A DNA stretch of 49,030 nucleotides, the filler included, from Jimgerdemannia flammicorona (lineage: Eukaryota): the NCBI GenBank assembly GCA_003990765.1. It is 2 parts of 2 records of this genome, joined end to end, with 100 filler letters (N's around TTAATTAATTAA, not from the genome) between each part and the next. Parts side by side here need not be neighbours in the genome. Positions count along the whole stretch, not along the records: positions 24,567 to 49,030 come from RBNJ01000971.1; 1 more part is not named here. One strand, 5' to 3'. This document shows positions 36,790 to 49,030 of this stretch, piece by piece. A program made the position numbers and the translations under genes. The notes beneath the pieces were generated by a model. That model saw only the letters and a program-made list of their open reading frames with translations, searched no databases and was not told the origin of the DNA. Within the stretch, counting starts at the first letter, position 1; the number at the start of each line of letters is the position of its first letter.

Positions 36790-37473
36790 TCATGCAGTAG
36801 GATAGGTACCACTCCCGAAACAAAACCTGCCGTGATAAAGGCAACGGGTACAAGGGTTTCCCTGGCATCGCTTCTTGTCAATTCTGCACCAGATGCATGC
36901 CTTTCCTGGCGGAGTCCGCATAGCGGCCTTGGTGGTGATGTGAAGGCGACACCGCCTTTTCTTCTTAAAGCAGTCAGAACACTGTTTGTGCTGCGCAGGC
37001 TCGGGTATGAGGGTGGTGGTTGTGTTCGGCGATTGTGGCGTACCGTCGGAGAGATGTTGACTGGGATACGGAGAAGTCGGTCCTGGGTTAAACATTCTTT
37101 GGTCGATGACACCGCCATCTGCGTGTATGCCGAGAAGGTTGGTGAATGCTTGGAGGACATCGAAGGGGCTGTGTATATCTTCGTGAGGCTGCGGGTTACA
37201 ATGAGGTTGGAAGATAGGTGTGTGGCCGGATGTGCTTCCATCGATCAATATGTCGTTTGATACTAGGTCCGTCAGGACGCCATTCGGTGGCAGGCTGTCG
37301 TGAGTTTCCAACTTGAGGTGATCTTGAAGGATGTCCATTCTGCTGAAGGTGTTTGGACAGGTTGGATATGGGCAGCGGAGATGCCTGGAATGGGGTAGTG
37401 GATTGTTATGAGGGTAAGCTAGGCCAGAATTAAAAGGCACATTGAACGGCCTACAGCCAATTTCTTGAGACAT
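36790..37473 (-). CDS. Zinc-finger family copy Z4 (intact, 227 aa)
   Basis: Full-length paralog with all ligands. TATAAAAG ~40 nt upstream of the ATG. Confidence 0.85.
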   Translation of the reverse strand: MSQEIGCRPFNVPFNSGLAYPHNNPLPHSRHLRCPYPTCPNTFSRMDILQDHLKLETHDSLPPNGVLTDLVSNDILIDGSTSGHTPIFQPHCNPQPHEDIHSPFDVLQAFTNLLGIHADGGVIDQRMFNPGPTSPYPSQHLSDGTPQSPNTTTTLIPEPAQHKQCSDCFKKKRRCRLHITTKAAMRTPPGKACIWCRIDKKRCQGNPCTRCLYHGRFCFGSGTYPTA

Positions 37474-38915
37474 AGGGAGGATGAGTTACGATAGGACAGG
37501 AAATCAGACTTTCTTTTATAGTGATGGCCTTGATCTGGGACAGGAGCGGTTTTGCGGCATTCTTTAAGTATCGGCTCTCGTGTGTAACCATTTCCCTGGC
37601 GGACAGCGATCCTCTCCGTCTTTCTGGGTGTGGAATGGACATTTGAACCTCGTTTCCATAACGGAAACGCAGTCTCCATCAGCCACCCAATTCTCAAGGC
37701 AAAAGTTTACACGCAGACCAGATCAGGATTGCTATTGGTTGCCACGTTGTGAACCCTAAATTGCAGACCCAGATGGCCCAGACTTGAACGCATTTGTTGT
37801 TATGGTGGCAATGTAACCTCCAGCCAGCAATCGTCCTACGACAAGATTCATTGTTTGTCGCAACATTCATGCGTCTTAGGCCCGTACACACCCGAACTGT
37901 GACGCGATTTCTTGGCGGACACATCGTAGGAAGATAGTGACTCACGAGGGAAGCCATCACTATTTTCGGTTCTTCTCCGTATACATAAATAACGCGAATC
38001 ACAGATAAGATGATGTCGTGTGCTACATGCTGAGCTTCCGTTAAATATCTTAAAAGATGGCGATAAAATCTTGAATCTGTCGTCCTGAACCGATGGATAA
38101 GGCCTGCCCTTAGTACTTTGGGCAGGATATCCACATTGGACCACCGCATTGAATTAATTTATCTTGTTTTCTACTTATATTACCTTCCTATTTCCTTTCT
38201 ATGCATTGTTTGGACAGAAAAAAAAGTGCGATGCAAACGTCAAACCGATGAACACGCCAATTTGCAAATTCCGCACAACCACAACCATCCATACCCGATC
38301 CAATATGGAAAATATAAAATACTTCCATATTGCATTTCCATTTTCCTTTTGCTCGTGCAAGTCGATTCCGCACGTCCTCGAACAGTAACTTGGATGACAT
38401 CATAGCTTGGTTACACCAGGGGAGGGGCCCTAGGCTTGGATATAGCACACCAATTTTATGACAGGCCAGCCGCGAAGGTAAAAGATCGTCAATTCTATGT
38501 ATCGTTGGTTGCACGTCCGCTGCGTCAGCGGCTGGATCGTCACGGTTTGGAGGATCCCTCTCCCGCGCCCGGTTACCCCTTCCCTTCCCAGCGAGTTGAT
38601 ACGCGTATTATACTCCTAACCATTGGCAAATCATCACATGACATACATGCCACAAAAATGGCGTGTAATCTTTTGCCTTGATTGGGTGGGTGGTGGCTAA
38701 TGGTGACTTCATTTCCGTTATGGAAACGCAGTTCAAATGTCCGTTCCACACCCAGAAAGACAGAAAGACGGAGAGGATCGATCGCTGGGTCCGCCGAGTT
38801 TACCGGTCGAGATGCAGGCGAGGAGGGATTTGGCAATTGGTGAAACAATGAAATGTTTACACACGAGAGCCGATACTTAAATAATGTCGCAAAACCGCTC
38901 CTGTCCCAGATCCCT

Positions 38916-39588
38916 ATGTCTCAAGAAATTGGCTGTAGGCCATTCAATGTGCCTTTTAATTCTGGCCTAGCTTACCCTCATAACAATCCACTGGCATCTC
39001 CGCTGCCCATATCCAACCTGTCCAAACACCTTCAGCAGAATGGACATCCTTCAAGATCACCTCAAGTTGGAAACTCACGACAGCCTGCCACCGAATGGCG
39101 TCCTGACGGACCTAGTACCAAACGACATATTGATCGATGGAAGCACATCCGACCACACACCTATCTTCCAACCTCATTGTAACCCGCAGCCTCACGAAGA
39201 TATACACAGCCCCTTCGATGTCCTCCAAGCGTTCACCAACCTTCTCGGCATACACGCAGATGGCGGTGTCATCGACCAAAGAATGTTTAACCCAGGACCG
39301 ACTTCTCCGTATCCCAGTCAACATCTCTCCGACGGTACGCCACAATCGCCGAACACAGCCACCACCCTCATACCCGAGCCTGCGCAGCGCAAACAGTGTT
39401 CTGACTGCTTTAAGAAGAAAAAGCGGTGTCGCCTTCACATCACCACCAAGGCCGCTATGCGGACTCCGCCAGGAAAGGCATGCATCTGGTGCAGAATTGA
39501 CAAGAAGCGATTCCAGGGAAACCCTTGTACCCGTTGCCTTTATCACGGCAGGTTTTGTTTCGGGAGTGGTACCTATCCTACTGCATGA
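38916..39588 (+). pseudogene. Zinc-finger family copy Z5 (inverted twin of Z4; frameshifted)
   Basis: A short deletion near 38990 shifts the frame before the C2H2. Cys to Phe (DKKRF) in the cluster. The TATA-containing segment is deleted. Confidence 0.85.
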
Positions 39589-40443
39589 AGGCTCGGCACA
39601 ACTAGTTGGCCTCAACAACAGTCTCCATTACAGATTAGTGAACGTCGTTCAAATCTCCTTGTTGTATCAGTTTATTTTATTAAGAGTAAATAAATAACCA
39701 GTTCGTTAGCTCGAACATACTATCATTACTTAGTGGAATGACGCCACGCAAGTGGAAGCATGACAATTCTATATTACCACAACCCCTTGTCCGAACCTCA
39801 CTGAGCTCGAGCGATCACGGGAAGGAGAGGGACAGTTGTTGTGCGCACTGAGAGTTGTGTGCAGGGTCCTGGGTGGAGCTATTTGGGGATAGAGCCGATG
39901 TGGAGAAACCGTCTAAGATCTGGTTCTGGAGGTCGGCGAAGGTGGAACCCATAAAGTCGGTAGAGGAGGGCTCGTACATGATGACCTGTGTCCGCTTGGC
40001 GGTCTGTGGAGTGAGGAGGGCGGCAGGGTCGAAGTCGCCGAAGACGGACTGCTCGGGCGAAGAGACACTGCTCGCGGTGTCGGAAACGCTGCTATAGAGT
40101 TCATAAAAGGGACCTTCGGAGCCGTCGTCGGACTCGGCTGCCCAGGGCAGGGCGGTGGTGGGCATGGTGGTGGGAATTAAGCATGAAGTTCGGGTTGAGC
40201 TATTGTTGTGCGCAGGCGGCCTCGAATTGTTGCTGCTGCTGTTGCTGCTGCGGGTCGTGTTCTTGGAATTGGGGGTCAGCCGCCAAGAATGGGGTGGGTA
40301 TAAGCAGACCGTCAAGCTAACCTATAGTGGGAACCCTGACGGTTACACTAGTCACGCCTCCCAGATCTTCGGGCTAATTATCTGCTCGACCAAAGCCCTA
40401 TAAAATCCTAGTTTATCACTCACCCTCGTAACTCATTCTCCCC

Positions 40444-40845
40444 ATGTCTCAAGAAATTGACTGTGAGCCATTCAATGTGCTTTTTGGTTCCGGCCTAGTT
40501 TATCTCCCTCACAATAACCCACCACCTCATTCCAGCCTACCTTCCCGGCATCTCCGCTGCCCTTATCCAACCTGTCCAAACACCTTCAGCGGAATGGACA
40601 TCCTTTCAAGTTGGAAATTCGTGACAGCCTGCCACCGAATGGCATCCTTACGGACCTAGTACCAAACGACATATTGATTGATGGAAACACATCCGACCAC
40701 ACACCTATATTCCAACCTCATTGTAACCCACAGCCTCTTGAAGATATACATGGCCCCTTCGATGTCCTCCAAGCGTTCACCAACACAGAAATCCTTCCCG
40801 GCATATACGCTGATGGCGGCGTCTTCGACCAAAGAATGTTTAATT
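40444..40845 (+). pseudogene. Zinc-finger family copy Z6 (5' part only, fused to an F-box-like fragment)
   Basis: MSQEIDC start; frameshift inside the C2H2; homology ends at DQRMFN (~40845). Confidence 0.8.
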
Positions 40846-42781
40846 CTCACCAGCCTCACCAACCACCCATCCAACCTCGAACCCTACGCCTTCCTTACCC
40901 ACCGATCCTACCAACCATGTCAGACACGCATCTGCCTTCCAAACTCCTGCCTCCTTACCCAGACGATCTTCAAAATCCTCGTCAGATTACACCTTCTCAT
41001 AGTCGCTAGCCTCTCGCATCCTTGGACGCAGCCATTTTATTGCGCACAAATTAGCATATGCAAATCCAACTGGCAGAACCACTCTTCCCGAATAGATGTA
41101 TATCGAGAGTGTCTGGCATCTTGGTAAAGACGAAGCATTGTCTGATCGCCTTCGATGGCGGATGAGCCAGGGGCGTGACAGAGCTGGGTAGAGTACCTGG
41201 AGAGGCTCGACCTCGGGCACAGTCGTTGATCGGGCGAGATTGGCATGGACAAGGCGTCCGTGCAAGCCGTCAAGGAAAGGTGCCATGGATTGATGTGGTG
41301 GCAGCTGGGAAGCGGGAAGATTTTAACAAAAAAGCTGGCGATGGAATAAGGATCTTAAGCAGCACGATGGTTTGAGGTTGCTGATATGAATCTGATTGTA
41401 GCGATGGATTTGGTGTGTATTTAGGAGGGGAGGGGAGGTGTATTCATCCGATGTTTGGACCGTGATTGTGTAGGATAAAATACTTTTACTGCGCAGATGA
41501 AAAGCAAAAGTGACGGAATTTGCAGTCTTCAGAAAAGAAAAAAGAAATTCTACTGCTCTTCTCTTGTACCCGATTCTATTACATCAACTTTAACAATTGT
41601 ATAATAATACTACTGGTCAAAATAAAACAGAAATCGCCGGGCCAGTCATCAATTCGCAAAGTCTGCTATCCATCACCAGTCCCAACGACCCTACAAACTC
41701 CACCAACGCCTTCTTACCCGGCTCAGCCCCCGCACATTTGACTCCTCAACGATCTTCAAATCCTCAGTAGGTGTGCGAGTCCAACTGGCAGAACTACTTC
41801 CGTAATAGATACTTCCCAAGCAACGTCTCAATGTTCGCCGACCGCACGCAGATTATCAACGATTCCACCGTCAGTCGCACAGTCCCCTCGCCTGTCGCGC
41901 TAGCCTCGGCAGTACGCATAAAACACAGCAACAAACCGAGCGCGTGTGGGTCCACAATCTCCAGCTCCTCGGTTGACAGCTACTGGAATACGTTCGGAGT
42001 GACGCAGAAGGTAGTCAGAACCTGCGCATACCACCGGTACAGGTAGGTGGTAGCGTCCATGTCGCTGAAGTTCTGCTACATCCTTGAACGTCCGCGCCTT
42101 GCCCTGTACACGCACCCGAGCTTAAGCCGCTCGCATCGTACCTTCGTCACCTTCGTTGGCTAGGGATTGTGATTTTGTAGGTTCACGATACATCAGTTCA
42201 GGGTCTTTCACAGAAGTAACAGAAGTAATTACAAAATCACATGATCTCAGCAATAATCCCTGCCATGCACGAGGATGTAGCAGAGCTCCAGCGATGGCTG
42301 GCGTCGCTTGAGAAGGAAGTGCAGGCAGTGAGACTGGTAACCGACGTTGACGTTTCGCCGTTGGTGCCGTTGGAGGAGGGGCTACCGGCTGTATCTTATA
42401 CCGCGAAAAAGCCGAGTTTGCTGACCTACGAACGGAACGTGCCGTCGGCCAGGAAGCGGTCGAGCAATTGAAATGCCGAAGATGGTGAGACGCTTGAGCC
42501 GTGGGCACGGAGAAGACAAGCTGACTGAGAGTGCCCTCCGACAGGTCTTGGCGGGCGGTCCCATGATCGCTCGAGCTCAGTGAGGTTCGGACATGGGATT
42601 GTTGTAAATGTTATATAATTCCACATGCGTATGTGGCTGGCTATGGTAGGCGTGAAGTAATGATAGCTAATAAAGCGGTTATTTGTTCTTAATAATATAA
42701 GCTGATACAACAAGAAGATTTGAGCGAAGCTCGCTAATTTGTAATGGAGGCTGTTTGGGGCCGACCAATTGCGGCGAAACT

Positions 42782-43409
42782 TCATGCAGTAGGATAAGTA
42801 CCGCTCCCGAAACAAAATCTGCCGTGATAAAGGCAACGAATATAAGGGCTGCCCTGGCATCGCTTCTTGTCAATTTTGCACCAGGTGCACGCCTTTCCTG
42901 GCGGAGTCCTCTTAACGGCCTTGATGGTGACGTGAAGGCGACACCGGCTTTTCTTTTTAAATCAGCCGGAACACTGTTTGTGCTGCGCAGGCTCGGGTGT
43001 GAGGGTGGCGGTTGTGGTCGATTGTTGTGACGCACCGTCGGCATGAAAAATGGAGAGATGTTGACCAGGATATGGAGAATTCGAACATTCTTTGGTCGAT
43101 GACGCCGTCATCTATGTGTACGCCGGGAATGGTGAACGCTTGGAGGACATCGAAGGGGCCGTGTATGGGTTACAATGAGCTTGGAAGATGTGTGTGTGTG
43201 GTCGGGTGTGCTTCCATCGATCAATATATCGTTTTTTACTGGGCGTCGTTCGGTGGCAGGCTGTCGTGAGTTTCCAACTTGAGGTGATCTTGAAGGATGT
43301 CCATTCTGCTGAAGGTGTTTGGACAGGTTGGAAGGCAGGATGGAAGGAAGATAAGCTAGGCCGGAATTAAAGGCACACTAAATGGCCCACAGCAAAATTC
43401 TTGAGACAT
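42782..43409 (-). pseudogene. Zinc-finger family copy Z7 (most decayed)
   Basis: ATGTCTCAAGAA start and YPTA* end. Internal deletions, and stop/substitution at Cys ligands. Confidence 0.82.
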
Positions 43410-44198
43410 AGGGAAGTGGCGAAGATGAGTGATCTGAATCTTCTATTTATACACTTAGAGCAAGATTGGGAAGCAGTGACGGATTGCTAACTCGAACAGT
43501 TCCCGACCAAAAGCAGCGCACAGAAACACGGACGGCGACCTTACTTCCGAACTACGGGAAATTATTAGATCTCCCAACATACACCCCGCATGTAACGAAC
43601 GGAGCAACCGCTTGGGAAAACCTTGCCGTCGCAGCGCCCATCAGTTATACAGCGCTTGGGACCTCTCAAAAACCCATATTACTGTTTGGTGCACCAAGTT
43701 TGTGGGAACCAGCGGCTTGCGGTTAGGATTTTCGCCACGCTGTCATAAATTTTCATTTTCGTGCTAGTTTACGGGAACGGCTCTTTTCCCATTCCCTCAG
43801 TTGAGCGATGTTATCTTTCGTCCAGTAGTCTCGACACCGTTTCCATGTCATTTCATTTGAATATCTCTGAATTATTTGTTAGTCTACGAACGGATGTGAA
43901 ATTTGTCTTTCACCAAACATTGCATGAGCTGTCATTTTAAGGTTCCTAAAACATTGGGCCCATTAACAATTATCCGGAAAACAAACAATAAACTCCATGC
44001 GCCCGTCCTTTCCAGGAGATCCATCACGCGTCGCAAACACAGAATGCAAGTTCTCATCTTTCAAATCGCGCGCCATTTTTGCCATTTTTGTGGCAATGTC
44101 TGTCACGTGATGACTTGCCAATGGTTAGGCGTCGTGAGCGCATCGTGGACAAACCGCGCGCTGGTATAATACGCGCTATCAGATTCCCGGATTGTCAC

Positions 44199-47100
44199 TT
44201 TTTTTTTTTTTTTTTTTTTTTGAAAGGTGGTACAGCTAGCTTGGGCATGGCGGGTCCCTCCTTTCGCGGCATGCAAACATGTCAACTCAAAGTACCCTCA
44301 CACTCTAAAGCACCCCCTTCCACCAAATGTCCCAACCTATAATTCAGCATCACATTGTACTACAAGAGCCTCTACCATATCACCCAAAACTTGGGGGGAA
44401 CACCTGCTTGCTCTAAGACCAAATGTCATTCTAGTCTCACTTCTTGCTAATTTCTACCCCCTGCCAGGTCTCAGGCCACAAATCTCTCCCATACTCCCAC
44501 AGATATTCTAAGCCATTCTCCAAATAAAAATCATTCACTGGTGCTCTTTCTAATAGAAGATGATCCCACCTCCACATCTGGGGTCCCCAGTCTTTCACTC
44601 CACCACTTGAGTCCAATTTAATGAGTACTATCAACCACTCTACCAGAATTCCCTAAAGTATACCTTCTAGCTCTCCTCCATTGCCACCAGAGAGAGCAAG
44701 TCACCAGTTATGTCCCAGGGAGATAAATGAACCTCCTATATCCTCTGCATTAGAGGCACCCACTCTCAACCCCTCAACTCACTAGCTTGCTTTAGCTACC
44801 ATACCCTCAAGCAGTATAAATACTTGGTAAAGTCTATCAAACTCAGCCCTCCTCTGTCTACAGGCAATGTCAATACCTCTCAGCCAATCTGACTCTACTG
44901 CCCTACCCATATCTCTGATCTAGCCATCTTTAACAGCCTCTTGACCACCTATATCAAAAATAATATCCCAGATACTATAACTTAGACAGTCAACATATAT
45001 TCAATACTATCACTCTTCCTACCAGAGAGACCTATCAGCTACTCTATCTCAAGAGAGTATCTTTCTACTTGAACAGCCTCTATTCTTACCATCTCTAAGG
45101 CAATAGAGAACTATATACTAAGAAGTAGATCTCTAGATATCAGACTGCTTCTCCTGTTAGGACAACTGTTCTAATTACATCTCCTCCTACTATTCCTCCA
45201 CCTAAGACCAGAGTCTCACACTTATATCAATTGAGCTTAACATCTGAGTATCTCTCATATCATTCTACTATACTCTTCAGTACTACTACATCCTCCACAG
45301 AATCCAGCCTAATCACTATATCATTAGTAAAGACCCCTCTCCTCCAGTTTACTCTCAGAATATTCAACCCCCTACTCTATACTTTATTCTGTCCAATAAA
45401 AGTTCCAGAGAGAGAATATAAAGGAACAGTGATAGTAGATCTCTCTGCAGCACTCCTCTACTCAGAGAAAAAGATTCATTTACCATAATAGCTATCTGAC
45501 TTCTCTCCAACAAACTAATCAGCAATCTTTTAAATCTTGGAGAGACCTTCATTTGCTTCAATACTCTCTCCAGCTACATCTATCTGACTCTATCATAAGT
45601 CTTCTTTTGGTTAAGAAATACTAGTCAACCATTAACCTCAGCAGCACAAGCTCCTTCAATAATACTATAGACTCATACTATCTTATCTCATATCAAATGA
45701 CCTCTAACAAAGTCCCTCTACTCTACTTCTAATATCTGCTGAGCCACTTCTTACAACCTAGCTACTAAAATCTTCATCACCAACTTACAATCTATATCTA
45801 GAAGTATGATTGATCTCTAGTTCTTTCAATTCTCTCTTCTCTTCTTATTTTTATATAACAGAGCTATAAGCCCTAAGCACTGCCCCTCAATCTAGCTTTC
45901 TGAGCTAATAACTTTGTCATATATCTACATTATTTCCTCCAGTACTATCTCTATATCAGTCATTTGCTTCTAAAAATCTCAAAGTAGTCTATCCTCTCCT
46001 GGAGCTATCCCTAGACTCATTGTTACCAAAACCCTACAGACCTCCCCCCCTTGGACAAGAACTCCAAGATCACTGAGACTCTCTGCTGGGTCTGGGTACC
46101 AATCTTCCAGATATTATTCAATGTCCATTATATCTTCACCACTCTCCTCTTTACTTCATAATTGCTCCCAACAAGACCTCAGTTGGCCCAAGATCTCTGG
46201 CATCCCAATTACTATTTCACCTACCTCATCCAATACTTCTTCTCACTACTGCCTCATCCTCTTTGTCTGAAGTAGCTATGACAGGAACTTTGTAGGTCAC
46301 TCTCTCTCCTCTAAGCCCTATTACCTCAACTAAGCTACTATTTCCTTCACCTGCAATTTCTCCTCTTACCAGATCTGTTGAGTCCTCTAATCCCCTTCCT
46401 TACTGCCATCCAAATATTCTGCCCACCTCTCCAGTAGTCTCTTCAACCTCTGTGAGGCCTACCTTATACAACTCCTCTTCTGAGCCCCCCTTTTTCTCCC
46501 AGCCTTACCCCAAAACTACTGAGCATCAGATTTCAAATACTACCAATGATCTCTAATCTCCAGCCTCTGTGTTCTCTAGTTAATAATCCTAGCACTAATG
46601 TCTACTACCCATTTATCCTATAAGATGTATTCCCTCAGCAATGAAGTATTCAAACACCAATGTCCAGATCACTCTCTACTTTCTCCAAATCTCCTGCAGT
46701 CCAGCAAACTCTAGTGGTCAGACTAAAGACACTAAACCATCTCAAGAGAACTTTAGATATCTACTCCCCAGCACTCAGCAGTCAATATTCAGTCAATTCT
46801 CAATTTCAGCCCTGCTATCCAGTAAGTATAGATCCTGCAATCTCCCTATCTAAGGTGCTCTGCATCTACTAGTAAGCTCAATCTCTCAATCTTCTCCCAG
46901 TTATTCATCTCTCTACTCCTATCTATCATCTCTCTCTCTCCATCAGTCCTATTCAACAGTCTATTATATATCATATTAAAGTCACTTTCTAGACAGTCAA
47001 TCTCCTCTACTACTATAATATTAGTATCTCATAGTTCTCTTATCTACTCTACATACTCCTCCCTTTCTACTGGGCAATAGTATGATCTAATAGTTAAGGG

Positions 47101-48986
47101 GCTCCAGCCCAGCCTCCTCTATACTCCCCATACTACTCTGCCCCTCTAATGTCCAATGTCCCCAATGTCCCCCTTACTCTTCCTAATCAGAATGTTTACT
47201 TAACTCTACTACATGGCCATATCTCTCTATTTTCTTATCTAATCCTGTATATCTAAGCCAGCATCATAGCCTATATCTTGCAATAAAAACAGATCCCATC
47301 TAGCTCCTTCAACTAGCTGAAAATATTTCAATATCTTATTATACCCCTCAAACTATTGATATTTAAAGAGAAGATTCTAGTTGTACTATTCATATTGAAT
47401 AATGTTTAGAGAGTAAGCACTCACCTTACAATTCTATACTTACTACATTACTTGTAATATCCAGGTTTCACTCTGTTTTAAGCCCATCTACTTCTCTCTA
47501 CTGAGTATTACTTCTAAGATCTCCCAATAGTCCTCACTGTCCACTGTCTCTATGTTAGACTAATATTTCTCATATACCACCTGCCACTTCTCCAACTCTT
47601 TCTAAGTTCCTACAAATATACTATATACTCATTCACAATAATTAAAAGCACTGTCTCTTTGGTATCATTTACTTCATATTTCTTTACCTCTAATAAGCCT
47701 GACAATAGTTTATTTTGAAGCTTCTGTATTATCTCCTCTCCTTGCAGGATATTGTCCCAATGTCTTTTACTAATTACTCTAAAATCTATCTCACCTAACT
47801 CATCTGCCACAATATTTATCACTACCTTCTATAGTTACCTCTCCTCCTCTATGGCCTCATCAATATCTAGAGCCATCTTCTGCCTAGACCCCCCTCAGTA
47901 TTTGTCCTCACTGACTCATCTCAGTCCTTCTTTAGTATATTCTACAGCTCATTAGTCTTCCTCCCTCCTGTGGGCACTCTATACTACACTTGGACCTCCT
48001 TGGTCATCATTATATTCTTGGCTACTGCACTTTACTTAGAGCTTCTCCTCTTCTCCAAAATCACTATAGGAGTCCCTCTCTTTTCCTCTGTTCAAGTACT
48101 TGCTCTCAATCTACTATCAATAGCAGTAGTCTCACTCTCTGCCCTCTCTCTCAGATTTGCCAACAGGTCTTTCTGATATTGTCTCTCTTGTATCCTCTCC
48201 TAGGCAGTCTTATTTAGTTGTACTCTTCCAATCTCAACTACTATCCTAGCTTCAAACTCTCTCTAGGTCAGCTGTTTCTTCTCCACTACTCTGGCCAGGT
48301 TCTCTAATACCTCTAGTAAGTTCTTCTTCTCTTCTGATATCTCCTTCACCCTCAAGATCTTATACTCTACTTATCTCCACTTCAGTACTACTAGCTAATC
48401 CTGTTCTTTCCCAGTATTCTTCTTGTCTATTATTTTAATCTGAACATCTATATCTCCAGTCCTGAACTCAGTCTCTTTTAGACCCAGAAGCCAATATCTA
48501 CCATATTACTATACTTCTTAATGATATCTACAATCAGCCTCCTGGTCACTATCTTTTTTACTGTAAGTATATTTGCCACTATCAGTTGCACTACTCTGAG
48601 GTCTCAGTACAGATATTGAGCTATAGGGATTGCCACTCCTCTTATCACTACTTTTTTCTCCAATACTCTCAACATCAACTCCTCCTTCTTAAAGCCCACC
48701 TCTACTTCTTCCAGTTCTTTCAAGAACTTCATGAGGCTACTTATTTCACCTCCTAAGTCAGAAGACCCAGAACTATTTTTGCCATAACTGCTAAGTCTTG
48801 GAAGTACAAAGTGATGGTAAATTTGGATATAGACTTCTTGAGTAATAGTACTATTACTAAATCCATTATATTATTAGTCAGATTCCTAGACCTTATGTCT
48901 CCCCTCAGTCTAACTCTATTATCAATTATTACATCTGGATTTTTTTTTCAAATTAGCAGTTCTCTCTCCATCAGCAGTTCTACTCT

Positions 48987-48990
<4 letters not shown>
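44199..48990 (-). mobile_element. Decayed non-LTR retrotransposon (LINE, L1/Tx1-like): ORF1, APE endonuclease-RT ORF2, poly(A) tail
   Basis: T23 at 44199-44221 is the tail. ORF2 from ATG 47393: SLNINSL..FLLQD, SDFN (~46975), LRID. RT motifs APGED, RSIILLDIDCK, FLNQKKTYDRV, GVLQRDLLSLFLYILSLELL, FTND (decayed FADD). ORF1-like sequence ~47450-48850. The 5' boundary is approximate. Confidence 0.9.

Positions 48991-49030
<40 letters not shown>

Larger units (their letters stand above)
36098..40279. repeat. Large inverted repeat: arms ~36098-37714 and ~38660-40279, spacer ~0.95 kb
   Basis: The arms are reverse complements across the polyQ/acidic module, the Z gene and its upstream region, apart from small indels. 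Confidence 0.92.

Overview
Eukaryotic, almost certainly fungal DNA (the style suggests an early-diverging Mucoromycota lineage; this is inference). Two contigs are joined by an artificial N44-TTAATTAATTAA-N44 linker at 24467-24566. The left contig (1-24466) is a CpG-depleted pile of LTR retrotransposons: two head-to-head decayed Ty1/copia copies, an old minus-strand Ty3/gypsy with a dUTPase, a gypsy integrase/LTR remnant, a solo LTR, and a much younger Ty3/gypsy (17740 to the gap). The young element has a 1.6-kb LTR, a tRNA-Pro-type PBS and one long gag-PR-[Cys/His insert]-dUTPase frame, followed by a candidate -1 frameshift into RT. The right contig (24567-49030) is CpG-rich: an F-box/LRR gene, then a ~15-kb mosaic holding seven copies (3 intact, 4 broken) of a small intronless C2H2 + CCCH + Zn(II)2Cys6-like gene mixed with F-box/LRR fragments and a 1.6-kb-arm inverted repeat, then a decayed L1/Tx1-like LINE. 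The main observation is that the Cys/His insert in the young gypsy polyprotein aligns closely (17 of 39 identities, same spacing) with the zinc module of the amplified host gene family, suggesting domain exchange between retrotransposon and host.
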